Assembly: GCA_045567365.1 (NCBI GenBank)
Contig: JBJLDC010000002.1
Coordinates: 321-64,320, forward strand
Reading direction: 5' to 3'
Length of the DNA stretch: 64,000 nucleotides
DNA from: Candidatus Pelagibacterales bacterium
GTDB taxonomy: Bacteria; Pseudomonadota; Alphaproteobacteria; Pelagibacterales; AG-422-B15
The notes under the pieces were generated by a model that had not been told where the DNA came from, searched no databases, and was given only the letters and a program-made list of their open reading frames with translations. Of the stretch, positions 10,777 through 21,996 are shown piece after piece; position 1 is the first letter of the stretch; each line of letters starts with the position of its first letter. A program made the translations under genes and the position numbers.

Positions 10777-12001
10777 TACTAAATATATCCTTGATTTTCA
10801 TTTTTGAAGCAACTCTAGATGGGTATATAGTTGCTAATAGTGAAATGATTATTGAAAATACAAATATAAAAAATATTTGATTATAATCAATGATAGTTGG
10901 GATTTTATCAATAAAATAAAATTGTGATGGAAATAAATTTAAGTTAAATAAATTATTGAGTATCTGTCTTATATTTTCTAAATTTAATGTAACAATAATT
11001 CCTATTAATGAACCAATTAAACTTCCAGCTACTCCTATTAAAGATCCTATGATTATAAATATTCTTAAAATTGAAATATCGGGTGTTCCAATCGTTTTAA
11101 GAATAGCAATTTCATTTGCTTTATTTTTAACTAAAATAAAAAGACATGTAATAACATTGAATGCAGCTACTATTATAATTAATGATAAGATAATAAACAT
11201 AACGTTTCTCTCAATTGATAAGGTTTCAAAGAAAAAAGCATTAACCTGTTTCCAGTCTCTCGAATAAAATAATTCTTTTTCTTTAATTATTTCGTTAACT
11301 TGATTATTTATCCTGTCCGTAAAAGATGAGTCTTTAAGATGAATTTCAATTGCAGAAACTCTATTATTAACTCCATATATTTTTTGCATTTCTTCTAAAT
11401 TAAGGAATGCATAATTACCGTCATATTCACTCATCCCTGTATCAAAATATCCTCCAACATTAATTAAGCGAGATTTGGGAAGTTGGCCAAATGGAGAATT
11501 TATAGAGCTAGATGTATATAATTTAATTTGTGATCCTATTTCTACATTTAATCGTTCTGCTAGTTTTGATCCTAGGTAAATTTCATCTAACATGAATTTA
11601 TTGGAATCATCTTTTTTATTTTTAAAATTATAATGATCTATATTTTCTGAGTTGAATGATTTGAGAATAATTCCTCGAGTTTCAGCATTTGCAGAAATCA
11701 AAACTTGATCTGTAATATTTGCGTCAATAAATTTTATCTCATTGATAGATGAAAAGTCTTGAGATATATCCTCAAAATATTTTTCATAATTATTAATATA
11801 AATGTGGCCGTTAAATCCTATAATTCGATTTTCAAGCTCATATCGAAACCCATTCATTACTGACATAGTTATAATCAGTGTGGCAACACCAATGCATATA
11901 CCAAAAAAAGAGAACCATGATATAATTGAAAGAAGTCCCTCTGACCTCAATGGTTTTATATAGCGAAATGCAATAAATCTTTCAAAATTATTAAAAGGCA
12001 C
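10769..12001 (-). CDS. Lipoprotein-releasing system permease, LolC/LolE family
   Basis: 410 aa with FtsX-like/MacB-type topology (N-terminal TM, large periplasmic loop, three C-terminal TMs). Paired with lolD. Confidence 0.85.
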   Translation of the reverse strand: MPFNNFERFIAFRYIKPLRSEGLLSIISWFSFFGICIGVATLIITMSVMNGFRYELENRIIGFNGHIYINNYEKYFEDISQDFSSINEIKFIDANITDQVLISANAETRGIILKSFNSENIDHYNFKNKKDDSNKFMLDEIYLGSKLAERLNVEIGSQIKLYTSSSINSPFGQLPKSRLINVGGYFDTGMSEYDGNYAFLNLEEMQKIYGVNNRVSAIEIHLKDSSFTDRINNQVNEIIKEKELFYSRDWKQVNAFFFETLSIERNVMFIILSLIIIVAAFNVITCLFILVKNKANEIAILKTIGTPDISILRIFIIIGSLIGVAGSLIGSLIGIIVTLNLENIRQILNNLFNLNLFPSQFYFIDKIPTIIDYNQIFFIFVFSIIISLLATIYPSRVASKMKIKDIFSNA

Positions 12002-12009
12002 TTTATTTA

Positions 12010-13332
12010 TTAATTATTTTTAAAAAAAGAAGTTATATTTTCTATACTTACTTCTGAAATATCTCCTGTTTTCCTATTTTTTACTTCAAGAATAGAATCG
12101 TTTTTAGACTTATTTCCAACAATGACTTGAAATGGAAGCCCGATTAAATCCATTCTTGAAAATTTAACACCAGGATTGTCATTTTTATCATCATAAAGCA
12201 CATCAAAACCCGCACTTAATAATTTTTCATAAACACCATTAGAAATAGCAGTAATATCATTATCTTTTTGTTTTAGATTAATTAAACCAATGTCATATGG
12301 AGATACTGATTTAGGCCAAATAATTCCCTTATCATCATTTGATGACTCAATTATTGCACCAACTAATCTTGAAATTCCAATTCCATATGAACCCATGAAA
12401 ACAGTAGTTTGTTTTCCATCATTATTTAAAACATTTGCTTTCATAGTTTCTGAATATTTTGTGCCAAAACTAAATATATGGCCAACTTCAATGCCCTTTG
12501 ATCTGGTTTGATTTTCTTTTAATACATTATTATCAAAATTGTCTTGATTGAATTTATCATCAGAAACTGCATATAATGATTTATATGAATTGACTAAACC
12601 TGATAAATCTTCTGAATAGTTAATACTTTGTAGTTCATTTTCTTGTTCCAACAGCTTACTATCGAAATAAATATCAGACTCTCCTGTTTGAGAAATTATA
12701 ATAAACTCATGAGATAAATCTCCACCTATTGGCCCCGTTTCTGCTGTCATTGGTATTGCTTTTAGTTCAAGTCTTTGAAATGTTTTTAAGTAACAAACAA
12801 AAAATTTATTATATGAAATTTCACTTTGTTGTTTGTCAAGGTCAAATGAATAAGCATCCTTCATTAAGAATTCTCTTCCTCTCATCACTCCAAACCTTGG
12901 TCTTAACTCATCACGAAATTTCCATTGAATATGATATAATAACTGAGGTAGCTCTTTATAAGATTTTATTGAACGCCTAAAGATATCCGTTACCTGTTCT
13001 TCATTTGTTGGTCCATAGAGCATTTCTCTATCTTGCCTATCATTAATTCTGAGCATTTCTTTTCCATAGTCCTCGTATCTTCCACTCTCTTTCCATAAAT
13101 CTGCGGGTTGAATTGTTGGCATTAATATCTCATTCACACCAGCGGCATCCTGCTCATCTCTTACAATATTTTCGATTTTTTTTAAGACTCTTAACCCTAA
13201 TGGTAACCATGAATAAATCCCTGAGCTTGATTGAGAAATCATTCCAGCACGTAGCATTAATTGATGTGAGACTATTTCAGCATCGTTTGGTGATTCCTTT
13301 AGAACTGGAAGAAAATAATTAGTTAATCTCAT
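12010..13332 (-). CDS. proS: Prolyl-tRNA synthetase (short alphaproteobacterial type without INS editing domain)
   Basis: 440 aa with class II motifs (FRDELRPRFGVMRGREFLMKDAYSF; GSYGIGISR). Confidence 0.94.
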   Translation of the reverse strand: MRLTNYFLPVLKESPNDAEIVSHQLMLRAGMISQSSSGIYSWLPLGLRVLKKIENIVRDEQDAAGVNEILMPTIQPADLWKESGRYEDYGKEMLRINDRQDREMLYGPTNEEQVTDIFRRSIKSYKELPQLLYHIQWKFRDELRPRFGVMRGREFLMKDAYSFDLDKQQSEISYNKFFVCYLKTFQRLELKAIPMTAETGPIGGDLSHEFIIISQTGESDIYFDSKLLEQENELQSINYSEDLSGLVNSYKSLYAVSDDKFNQDNFDNNVLKENQTRSKGIEVGHIFSFGTKYSETMKANVLNNDGKQTTVFMGSYGIGISRLVGAIIESSNDDKGIIWPKSVSPYDIGLINLKQKDNDITAISNGVYEKLLSAGFDVLYDDKNDNPGVKFSRMDLIGLPFQVIVGNKSKNDSILEVKNRKTGDISEVSIENITSFFKNN

Positions 13333-13591
13333 TTCTATAAAAAGTATTCATAATAGACATTAAAAAACCGTCATTGTTTAGAAGTAAATAAACAACAAAC
13401 CATAAGATAACAGAAATAATTGTAGTTATGATGAATTTTTTTAATATTTGTGGATTTTTAGGAGCACCACGGTCGTTTCCTTCATATTCAGTACTATTGG
13501 GTGCTTTGTTATCAATATTTATGGGTAGCAAAATAAATAATATTAACCACCAAATTATTAGAAAGAGGATGATTGAGCCTGTAAGTCCCAA
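13319..13591 (-). CDS. DUF1467-family small membrane protein
   Basis: 90 aa with two TMs and an IIWWLILFILLP...GAPKNP pattern. Lies between mce and proS, the conserved alphaproteobacterial position. Overlaps proS by 14 nt. Confidence 0.75.
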   Translation of the reverse strand: MGLTGSIILFLIIWWLILFILLPINIDNKAPNSTEYEGNDRGAPKNPQILKKFIITTIISVILWFVVYLLLNNDGFLMSIMNTFYRNEIN

Positions 13592-13592
13592 T

Positions 13593-13997
13593 TTAAGCTT
13601 CTTCTAATTCAATCATTGTCCCATTACAGCTTTTTGGATGAAGAAAAACTACTGGTTTTCCATGTGCGCCAATTTTAGGCTTTCCTGTTCCAGTAATGGC
13701 TATTTCATGATCATTTAATTTTTTAACAGCATCGTTTATATCTTCTACTTCAATACATATGTGATGCATGCCACCTTTTGGATTCTTATTAATGAAATTT
13801 TCTATAGGCGAGCCTTCACCTAATTTTTCAAGTAATTCTATTTTAGTATTACCAAGATCTATAAAGACAGTAGTTACACCGTGATCAGGTTGCTCAACTG
13901 GATCTGAAACTTTAGCCCCAAAAATATTTTTATACTGTTCAGCAGCTTCTTTAATATTTGGCACTGCAATGGCTATGTGATTTAATTTTCCCAGCAT
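13593..13997 (-). CDS. mce: Methylmalonyl-CoA epimerase (VOC/glyoxalase fold)
   Basis: 134 aa (LNHIAIAVPNI..., GMHHICIEV). Conserved neighbour of RNase J in alphaproteobacteria. Confidence 0.85.
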   Translation of the reverse strand: MLGKLNHIAIAVPNIKEAAEQYKNIFGAKVSDPVEQPDHGVTTVFIDLGNTKIELLEKLGEGSPIENFINKNPKGGMHHICIEVEDINDAVKKLNDHEIAITGTGKPKIGAHGKPVVFLHPKSCNGTMIELEEA

Positions 13998-13998
13998 A

Positions 13999-15669
13999 TT
14001 AGATATGTATTATTTCTATATTGGTTAAAGGTTTTTTCTTTAATGATCTAAATATAGTATTTTTTGCTAAGCTTTCTAGTTTTTTGTGCATTTTTTTATC
14101 ATTTGAATTTATATTTTTTGGAGTATTAAAAAAATCATAGATTTCTTCTTCTAAATTTATAATAAAATCTTCTTCATCATCATTATCGCTAATTACGCCA
14201 TAAGTAGAAATAACTGGTGCTTTATGTAATTGAGATTTTTTATTTAAAATACAAGTGATATTCAATGATCCGTTAAAATTCATTATTCTTCTTTCATTTA
14301 AATGATAACTATCACTATCGACTAGTCTATTACCATCCAAATAAAGTCTACCTGTTGTGCATTGATCCATTACATAAGGTCTGCCTGGCGCCAATTGTAA
14401 AATATCACCATTTGACACAAGTGTTGGATTTTCAATTTGTAGTTCTTTTGCTAATTCATAATGTGACTTGAGATGTCTATATTCACCGTGTACTGGGACT
14501 GATATTTTAGGCTTTACATGATTATACATATCAACAACCTCATCACGACATGGATGACCAGAGACATGTATATCTTCATCGTATTCAGTAATCACATCAG
14601 CTCCAAGTTCTGATAAGGTATTAAACATTGCATATAGTTTTTTTTCATTTCCAGGAATGATTTTTGATGAGAATATCACAGTATCACCTTGATTGATTTC
14701 AACATTGGGAAAATCTCTATTCGCAATTCTCATCATTGCTCCACGAGGTTCACCTTGACTGCCCGTACATAAGTATAAAAGTTCGCTTCCTTTTTTCTTT
14801 TTTGCTTCTTTTTCGTTTAGAATGATATTCACGTTTTCTAATATTCCATTCTCTCTCGCGACAGATATCATTCTGTGCATTGATCTACCTAAAACAACAA
14901 GAGATCTATTGCTCTCTCTTGCGGCAACCGCAACAGATTCTAATCTCGCTACATTTGATGCAAATGAAGTCACAAATATTTTTGATTTAATATTTTTGAC
15001 AACATTAACTAGATTCTTTCTTACAGTAGACTCAGAACCTGATCTACCAGCGGTTAATACATTTGTTGAGTCACAAACCATCGCTAATACCTCAGTATTA
15101 TCATTTAGTAATTTATTAAAATTAATCGGATTTCCTAACATTGGATCTTGATCAATTTTCCAATCTCCTGTGTGATAGATTGTTCCTAATGGAGTTTTAA
15201 TGAAAAGAGAATTAGGTTCTGGTATTGAGTGCGTAAGTGTTGATAGCTGTATTTCAAATGGTCCAATTTTAAAATTAGATTCCAAATCAACTATATTTAG
15301 ATAATCATCAATATTTATTCCACGTTCATCAAATTTAAGTTTAATAATTGATGCTGTAAAACTTGAAGCATATATTTTGCACTCTAAATCAGGCCATAAA
15401 TATGCAAGTCCACCCACATGATCTTCATGAGCATGTGTAATAAAAATTCCATCTAAATCTTCTTTTCTTTCTTTTATAAAACCATGATCTGGCATAATCA
15501 CATCGACGCCTCCCAAAGTATCATCGCCAAATGTAATACCTACATCAACCAATAACCATTTCATGTCATCAATATGAGAGCCGTATCCATAGCAATTCAT
15601 ATTCATTCCGATCTCACCAGTTCCACCCAATGGAAGAAACACAAGTTTATTTTTACTTTTTGTATTCAT
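13999..15669 (-). CDS. rnj: Ribonuclease J (metallo-beta-lactamase/beta-CASP)
   Basis: 556 aa with the HAHEDHVGG metal motif and beta-CASP length and layout. Confidence 0.88.
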   Translation of the reverse strand: MNTKSKNKLVFLPLGGTGEIGMNMNCYGYGSHIDDMKWLLVDVGITFGDDTLGGVDVIMPDHGFIKERKEDLDGIFITHAHEDHVGGLAYLWPDLECKIYASSFTASIIKLKFDERGINIDDYLNIVDLESNFKIGPFEIQLSTLTHSIPEPNSLFIKTPLGTIYHTGDWKIDQDPMLGNPINFNKLLNDNTEVLAMVCDSTNVLTAGRSGSESTVRKNLVNVVKNIKSKIFVTSFASNVARLESVAVAARESNRSLVVLGRSMHRMISVARENGILENVNIILNEKEAKKKKGSELLYLCTGSQGEPRGAMMRIANRDFPNVEINQGDTVIFSSKIIPGNEKKLYAMFNTLSELGADVITEYDEDIHVSGHPCRDEVVDMYNHVKPKISVPVHGEYRHLKSHYELAKELQIENPTLVSNGDILQLAPGRPYVMDQCTTGRLYLDGNRLVDSDSYHLNERRIMNFNGSLNITCILNKKSQLHKAPVISTYGVISDNDDEEDFIINLEEEIYDFFNTPKNINSNDKKMHKKLESLAKNTIFRSLKKKPLTNIEIIHI

Positions 15670-16423
15670 TATAAATAATATTTAATCCCTTTAATGTTAA
15701 GTCAGGTTCATAATTCTTAATCTGAGATAAATCGTCTCTAAACATTCCTGACAATCCTCCCGTTGCTACTATATTTGCATCTTTAAATCCATTTTGTTTT
15801 TTTAATCTATCTATCAATCCTCCAACTAAACTCACATAACCCCAGTAGATTCCAGATTCAATTGCTGAAGTAGTATCTTTTCCAATCAGTTTTTCAACTT
15901 TTTTAATCTCTATTAATGGTAGTTTCGCCGTATTATGAGCAAGAGACTGAATTGAAAGATTTACTCCTGGACATATTATTCCACCAATATATGAACCGTT
16001 AGAATTAACAAGATCAAAAGTAGTGGCGGTTCCAAAATCAATAATTATTAAAGGACCATTATATAGATTTAATCCCGCGTATGAATTAATCAAGCGGTCA
16101 ACGCCAACCTCATCTGGCATATCTACATCAACTTTAATTAAATTACCTAAATATTTATTATCAATTTCGACTATATTTAAATCTTGAAAATGTTTCATAA
16201 AATTTATAAGTATCAAAATCGTATCTGGAACTACGCCAGAAATAAAAAAATCAGAGCAATCATTTCCTATAAAATTATGAATTTTTGTGTAAGTTTCGCT
16301 GTCAACTTTAGAAATATCTTTATCAAAGACTTTTGTCTCAATTCGAAGCTGTTCAACTAAATTAAAATTATCAAATTTACCAAATAATATATTTGTATTT
16401 CCTATATCTACTAATATATGCAT
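15653..16423 (-). CDS. coaX: Type III pantothenate kinase
   Basis: 256 aa with an N-terminal VDIGNTN phosphate-1 motif and DFGTATTFD. Confidence 0.9.
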   Translation of the reverse strand: MHILVDIGNTNILFGKFDNFNLVEQLRIETKVFDKDISKVDSETYTKIHNFIGNDCSDFFISGVVPDTILILINFMKHFQDLNIVEIDNKYLGNLIKVDVDMPDEVGVDRLINSYAGLNLYNGPLIIIDFGTATTFDLVNSNGSYIGGIICPGVNLSIQSLAHNTAKLPLIEIKKVEKLIGKDTTSAIESGIYWGYVSLVGGLIDRLKKQNGFKDANIVATGGLSGMFRDDLSQIKNYEPDLTLKGLNIIYNEYKK

Positions 16424-16426
16424 ATT

Positions 16427-17173
16427 CTATTTTTTAATTGAAAACTCGCCCGAATTAAATTTTTTAATCTCATTATTTATTTTAAGTTCAATCTCATAGT
16501 TGGAACTCAATCCTGCTATAGTCCCAATCTCAACAAGTCCAGAATGATTGAATTCGACATCTTTATTCAATTTCCATAACTTTGACAAGGTATATTCCCT
16601 AAAATGATTAATTGATCTCTCATTAAAGTAATTGAGATTTGTATGAATTTTTTCTTTTAATACATCAAAAAAATTCTCTAGTAGATTGTCTGTTTTCGAT
16701 GTCAAATCATTGAGGCTGACCGTCTGGTAACTAAGATTCTCTGGAGATGATATAATATTGACCCCTATACCAATAATTGAAAATTTATTATCACCACTCA
16801 ATTGGTTTTCAATTAATACTCCTGATAATTTTGAGTTTTCAAACAATATGTCATTTGGCCATTTTATTTTTAAGGGATTTTGATTATCCAAAAAAAAGCT
16901 GACTGACTGATGAACAGACGCAGCAATCACGCATGATAACATTGGAATAATATTTAGTTTCCAAGATATAGGAATCAATAAAGTCGTGAATAGATTTCCT
17001 TCATCAGAAACCCAGGTATTTTTATTTCTTCCTCTGCCCTTTGTTTGTGTTTTAGCTCTAAACCATATTGGATCACTAATTGCACCTATAATATTTAAAT
17101 GCTCTAGCGCAGCTGAATTTGTACTATCTATTTCATTAAACAGTTTAACCTCAGCATTATTAATATTAATCAT
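16427..17173 (-). CDS. birA: Biotin--[acetyl-CoA-carboxylase] ligase (group I, no HTH domain)
   Basis: 248 aa with the KGRGRNKNTW (GRGRxxxxW) motif and KWPNDI. Confidence 0.88.
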   Translation of the reverse strand: MININNAEVKLFNEIDSTNSAALEHLNIIGAISDPIWFRAKTQTKGRGRNKNTWVSDEGNLFTTLLIPISWKLNIIPMLSCVIAASVHQSVSFFLDNQNPLKIKWPNDILFENSKLSGVLIENQLSGDNKFSIIGIGVNIISSPENLSYQTVSLNDLTSKTDNLLENFFDVLKEKIHTNLNYFNERSINHFREYTLSKLWKLNKDVEFNHSGLVEIGTIAGLSSNYEIELKINNEIKKFNSGEFSIKK

Positions 17174-17178
17174 CTCAA

Positions 17179-18591
17179 TTAAAAGAATGTCTTAGCTGCG
17201 TAATTTCCTATATTGAGTATCGGACTTGGATAAACGAAAAAGAGAATTACTATTCCTGATGATATAAAAAATAGTAAATTAAGAGAACTTGAATTGAATT
17301 CATCAAATTTTACAGAAGGTTCATCAAAATATATAATTTTGACAATCCGTAAGTAATAAAATGCAGAAACTACGCTCGCTACTATACCAACAACAGCTAG
17401 TAGATAAAAATCACTCTTAATCGCTGACATAAAAATATAAAATTTACCAAAAAACCCTGCTAGCGGTGGAATCCCCGCTAACGAGAACATGCTTAGAGCA
17501 ATTAAAATTGCGTAAAATGGATTATGCTTATAAAGACCAGAAAGATCATTGATATTTTCACAGTATTCATCTTTTCTTTTCATCATGAGAATAAATGAGA
17601 AGACAGAAATATTCATTACCAAATATATGATTAAATAAATTATAAGAGACTGAACACCCTCAAAATTAAAACAGGCCATTCCTATTAAAATATAACCTAT
17701 ATGACCGATAGAACTGTAGGCCATTAATCGCTTTATATTTGATTGAGCAATAGCAGCAAAGGATGCAAAGATCATAGAAGCAATAGATAGGAAAATTATT
17801 ATTTGTTGCCAATCAGCCGCTGTTTCACCAAATGAAGAATATAAAAACCTAAGAAATAATGCTACGGCTGCAACTTTTGGAGCTAATGCAAAAAAACCTG
17901 TAACAGGTGTTGGTGCACCTTGATAAACATCGGGTGTCCACATATGAAATGGAACCGCAGAAACTTTAAAGGCTAAACCTGAACATACAAAAACAATACC
18001 TATTAATAATCCCAGACTATCTTTATCGTACGTAGCTGAAATTAAGCTAAAGTTTGTATTTCCAGTAAACCCATAAATGTAAGAGATTCCGAATAGAAGC
18101 AAGCCAGATGAAAGTGCTCCAAGTATAAAGTAACTTATACCAGACTCTGAAGATTGAAGACTATTCCTATTTAACGAAGCTAAGACATACAAGCTTAAGC
18201 TTTGTAATTCTAATCCTATAAACATTGCTAATAAATCATTGGATGAAACCATTACCATCATACCAAGTGATGCAAAACTGATCAAAATTGGAAATTCATA
18301 TATATCAATATTAATTTTTCTTCTTGATGGAGAAAACATTAACAAAGTAGAAGCTGAACCTATTAGTATTAAAACCTTTATTGTTTTTGAAAATTCATCA
18401 TTCACAAAACTGTTATTAAAACCAAATGAAGATGGTTGATAAATAACAAGTACGGCTGTCAAAATAAGAATTAAGAAAGTAAGTAAGTTTATAATATTTA
18501 TCTTTTTATAAAATAATCCTACCATCAATAAAAAAGTTGATGACAAAAATAGAAATATTTCAGGCAATATAATCGTGAAAATACTCATCAA
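17179..18591 (-). CDS. nuoN: NADH-quinone oxidoreductase subunit N
   Basis: 470-aa antiporter-like polytopic protein, last gene of the nuo operon. Confidence 0.93.
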   Translation of the reverse strand: MMSIFTIILPEIFLFLSSTFLLMVGLFYKKINIINLLTFLILILTAVLVIYQPSSFGFNNSFVNDEFSKTIKVLILIGSASTLLMFSPSRRKINIDIYEFPILISFASLGMMVMVSSNDLLAMFIGLELQSLSLYVLASLNRNSLQSSESGISYFILGALSSGLLLFGISYIYGFTGNTNFSLISATYDKDSLGLLIGIVFVCSGLAFKVSAVPFHMWTPDVYQGAPTPVTGFFALAPKVAAVALFLRFLYSSFGETAADWQQIIIFLSIASMIFASFAAIAQSNIKRLMAYSSIGHIGYILIGMACFNFEGVQSLIIYLIIYLVMNISVFSFILMMKRKDEYCENINDLSGLYKHNPFYAILIALSMFSLAGIPPLAGFFGKFYIFMSAIKSDFYLLAVVGIVASVVSAFYYLRIVKIIYFDEPSVKFDEFNSSSLNLLFFISSGIVILFFVYPSPILNIGNYAAKTFF

Positions 18592-20066
18592 TTCATCTTT
18601 CCATTTATTATTTCCAAAGTCAGCTGACTTGAAGGTTCAATAATCTCTAAGATTGGTATGGGGTAAATGCCAATTCCAATTGTCAGTAATATTAATGGAA
18701 CAAAAATTACAATTTCTCGAAACGATAAATCTAAAATATCCTTTAAATCATCCTTTATTAATTGGCCAAAAATAATTTTTCGATATAACCATAAAGAATA
18801 AGTAGCAGCTAAAACAACACCCGTTGTCGCAAAAACAGCAAAATAAGTATTTACAGAAAAAATAGATAGTAAAACTAAGAATTCACCAACAAAACCACTT
18901 GTTCCTGGTAGTCCAAGACTAGCAAGAATAAAAATCATGAATGAAAAAGAGTACAGTGGCATTCTATTAACAAGCCCACCATATCTTTCTATTTCTCTTG
19001 TATGTATTCTATCATAAACCACACCAACACATAAAAATAATGCTGCAGAAACAATTCCATGGCTGATCATTTGTATAATAGCGCCTTCAATCCCTTGAAT
19101 TGTGAAAGTAAATATACCCAATGTGACAAAACCCATATGAGCAACAGATGAATATGCTATCAATTTTTTCATATCTTCCTGAACCAGTGCAATTAATGAT
19201 GTGAATATAATGGCTATTATGCTTAATGCATAAATCATAGGTGCAAAATAGTGAGATGCATCAGGAAACATTGTAATTGAGAAGCGAATAAATCCATATC
19301 CTGCTAATTTTAACAAAACACCGGCAAGTATTACTGAGCCTGCAGTCGGTGCTTCAACGTGTGCATCAGGCAACCACGTATGAAATGGCCACATAGGAAT
19401 CTTAACAACGAAAGAAGCAAAAAAAGCAAGCCATAAAATAATTTGATTATTGTAGCTAAACTCATGCTGCAGCAGAACTGGTATACTTGATGTTCCAACT
19501 TCCCAGTACATAAATATGACTGCTAGAAGCATGAAAACAGAGCCCGCTAGGGTATAAAGAAAAAACTTAAATGTTGAATAAATTCTTCTTTCACCTCCCC
19601 AAATACCAATAATTAAAAACATTGGTATTAAGCCACCCTCAAAGAAAAGATAAAATAATATCAAATCCATTGATATAAAAACCCCAATCATGAAAGTTTC
19701 TAAAGCTAAAAAAGCAATAAGATATTCTTTCATAGAAAATTTAATATTGTTATAACTAGCTAATATGCAGATTGGGACTAGAAATGTTGTTAAGACAACA
19801 AATAATATTGAGATACCATCAACTCCTACTTGATAACTAATGGTATCACCAAGCCAATAATATTTTTCTACAAATTGAAAATTAGGATCAAGTTGATTAA
19901 AATTAAATAAGACAACTAATGAGATGATGAAATTTAGAAAAGATACCCAAAGAGCAGTTTGCTTTAAATTAACATCACTCTCTGAATTACTTGATATAAA
20001 TGTTAAAAGCAAGATTCCTATAACAGGTAAGATTAATAGGATAGATAAGATGGGTAATTCATTCAT
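18588..20066 (-). CDS. nuoM: NADH-quinone oxidoreductase subunit M
   Basis: 492-aa antiporter-like subunit (WLPDAHVEAPTAGS), in operon order. Confidence 0.94.
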   Translation of the reverse strand: MNELPILSILLILPVIGILLLTFISSNSESDVNLKQTALWVSFLNFIISLVVLFNFNQLDPNFQFVEKYYWLGDTISYQVGVDGISILFVVLTTFLVPICILASYNNIKFSMKEYLIAFLALETFMIGVFISMDLILFYLFFEGGLIPMFLIIGIWGGERRIYSTFKFFLYTLAGSVFMLLAVIFMYWEVGTSSIPVLLQHEFSYNNQIILWLAFFASFVVKIPMWPFHTWLPDAHVEAPTAGSVILAGVLLKLAGYGFIRFSITMFPDASHYFAPMIYALSIIAIIFTSLIALVQEDMKKLIAYSSVAHMGFVTLGIFTFTIQGIEGAIIQMISHGIVSAALFLCVGVVYDRIHTREIERYGGLVNRMPLYSFSFMIFILASLGLPGTSGFVGEFLVLLSIFSVNTYFAVFATTGVVLAATYSLWLYRKIIFGQLIKDDLKDILDLSFREIVIFVPLILLTIGIGIYPIPILEIIEPSSQLTLEIINGKMN

Positions 20067-21989
20067 TTAGATAACAAAAATAAAATAAGTAATAAGAAAA
20101 GACAGGCCAATTAAAATTGAAAATGCATAATGGTAAATGAAGCCTGTTTGAATACTTCTTGCTTTTTCAGATATCTTTAAAACCATACTAGCGATACCAT
20201 TTGGCCCGAAACCATCGATAAAGTAGCCATCTATTATTTTCCAGAAAAATTTACCGATACCCCTTGCAGGGATCACAAAAACATAGTGATAAAGTTCATC
20301 AAAATACCATTTATTAAGCAAGAATTTATACAAAGGCTCATTTAAAGAGGCCACAGCAGCTGGTAATTTTGTATTTTTTAAATACATGTACCAAGCAATA
20401 ATAAAGCCAAGAATACCAAGCATTGCAGGGAGATAGTATATTAAGAAAGGTATATGGTGATGCTCATGATGATGAATAGCAATTGAATGATCCCAAAATT
20501 CAACACTTGCTCCTCCAATGAAATATGACTTAAAAATATATCCAAATGATAGAGCGCCAATTGCAAGAATAAATAAAGGCATTAACATTACATACGGTGA
20601 CTCATGGACTTCTCTAAATTTCTGCTCTTCCATTCTAGTATTTCCATTAAATGTAAGGAACATCAATCTCCAAGAATAAAATGATGTCATGACAACACCC
20701 AATGTTCCTAAAAAATATGCATAATTAGAAAACATGGCATCAGATAAGTATGCAGCCTCTATTATGGCGTCCTTTGAATAAAAGCCAGATGTAAATGGAA
20801 ATCCCATTAAGGAAATAGTACCAACTACCATCATGGCATGTGTTAATGGAGTAAAGATATATATTCCACCCATTTTTCTTATATCTTGCTCTTCATGAAC
20901 TGAGTGTATTACCGAACCGGCACCTAGAAAGAGCAATGCTTTGAAAAATGCATGAGTAAATAAATGGAACATCGCAGCACCGTAAGCGCCTAAGCCTGCT
21001 GCAAAAAACATATAGCCCAATTGACTGCAGGTCGAGTATGCAATTACACGCTTGATATCATTTTGAACTAGGCCAATTGTAGCAGCAAAGAAAGCTGTGG
21101 ACGCACCTACTAAAGTTACAAATGAAGAGGCTTCCACTGATAGATCAAAAAGAGGAGAACATCTCACTACTAAGAAAACGCCGGCTGTGACCATCGTAGC
21201 CGCATGGATTAAAGCTGATACAGGTGTTGGTCCCTCCATTGCATCCGGTAACCATGTATGAAGGAATAACTGAGCTGATTTTCCCATGGCACCAATAAAT
21301 AAAAGAAAGCAAATTAATGTAATTGCATTAATATCGTATCCAATAAAGTTGAAATTTGTTTCATTAAATTTTTCTGCATTTTCAAAAACAACTTGATAAT
21401 CAATAGAACCGAAAACCATATAAATTGTAAAGATACCAAGCGCTAAACCAAAATCTCCTACACGATTAACAATAAATGCTTTAATTGCAGCAGCATTGGC
21501 AGAAGGTTTTTTATACCAGAAGCCAATAAGAAGATAAGAAGCAAGACCGACGCCCTCCCATCCAAAAAATAATTGTAAGAAATTATCTGCTGTAACCAGC
21601 ATAATCATTGCAAATGTAAACAATGATAAATATCCCATAAATCTTGGCTTACTATTGTCATGAGACATATAGCCAATTGAATAAATATGAACAAGAGCTG
21701 AAACAGAAGTTATAACAACGAGCATTACTCTTGTTACGGCATCAATATACAAAGACCAGTTTACAGAAAGGTCGCCAGATGTGATCCAAGTAAATAAAGT
21801 AAACTTGTATACTTGGGGGTCTGATAGATTAATAACAAATAAATAAAATGATAAAATCGCTGAAATTGAAATAAATAAAGACGTAACAATTTGAGTGATA
21901 CGATCTATTGTTTGGTCACTCTTAAAGAAAGAAAATAAACAAGAAATAACAAAACCAAAAAGAGGTAAAAGAACAATCGAGTGAATCAT
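20067..21989 (-). CDS. nuoL: NADH-quinone oxidoreductase subunit L
   Basis: 640 aa (WLPDAMEGPTPVSALIHAATMV). The long C-terminal region is consistent with the lateral helix. Confidence 0.94.
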   Translation of the reverse strand: MIHSIVLLPLFGFVISCLFSFFKSDQTIDRITQIVTSLFISISAILSFYLFVINLSDPQVYKFTLFTWITSGDLSVNWSLYIDAVTRVMLVVITSVSALVHIYSIGYMSHDNSKPRFMGYLSLFTFAMIMLVTADNFLQLFFGWEGVGLASYLLIGFWYKKPSANAAAIKAFIVNRVGDFGLALGIFTIYMVFGSIDYQVVFENAEKFNETNFNFIGYDINAITLICFLLFIGAMGKSAQLFLHTWLPDAMEGPTPVSALIHAATMVTAGVFLVVRCSPLFDLSVEASSFVTLVGASTAFFAATIGLVQNDIKRVIAYSTCSQLGYMFFAAGLGAYGAAMFHLFTHAFFKALLFLGAGSVIHSVHEEQDIRKMGGIYIFTPLTHAMMVVGTISLMGFPFTSGFYSKDAIIEAAYLSDAMFSNYAYFLGTLGVVMTSFYSWRLMFLTFNGNTRMEEQKFREVHESPYVMLMPLFILAIGALSFGYIFKSYFIGGASVEFWDHSIAIHHHEHHHIPFLIYYLPAMLGILGFIIAWYMYLKNTKLPAAVASLNEPLYKFLLNKWYFDELYHYVFVIPARGIGKFFWKIIDGYFIDGFGPNGIASMVLKISEKARSIQTGFIYHYAFSILIGLSFLITYFIFVI

Positions 21990-21996
21990 TATAACA

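Noticed and set aside
20454-20474. His cluster HHHEHHH in NuoL
   Set aside because: The equivalent loop of other NuoL/Nqo12 proteins, as I recall them, also contains several His residues. I cannot show that this cluster is unusual without an alignment, so I make no functional claim.
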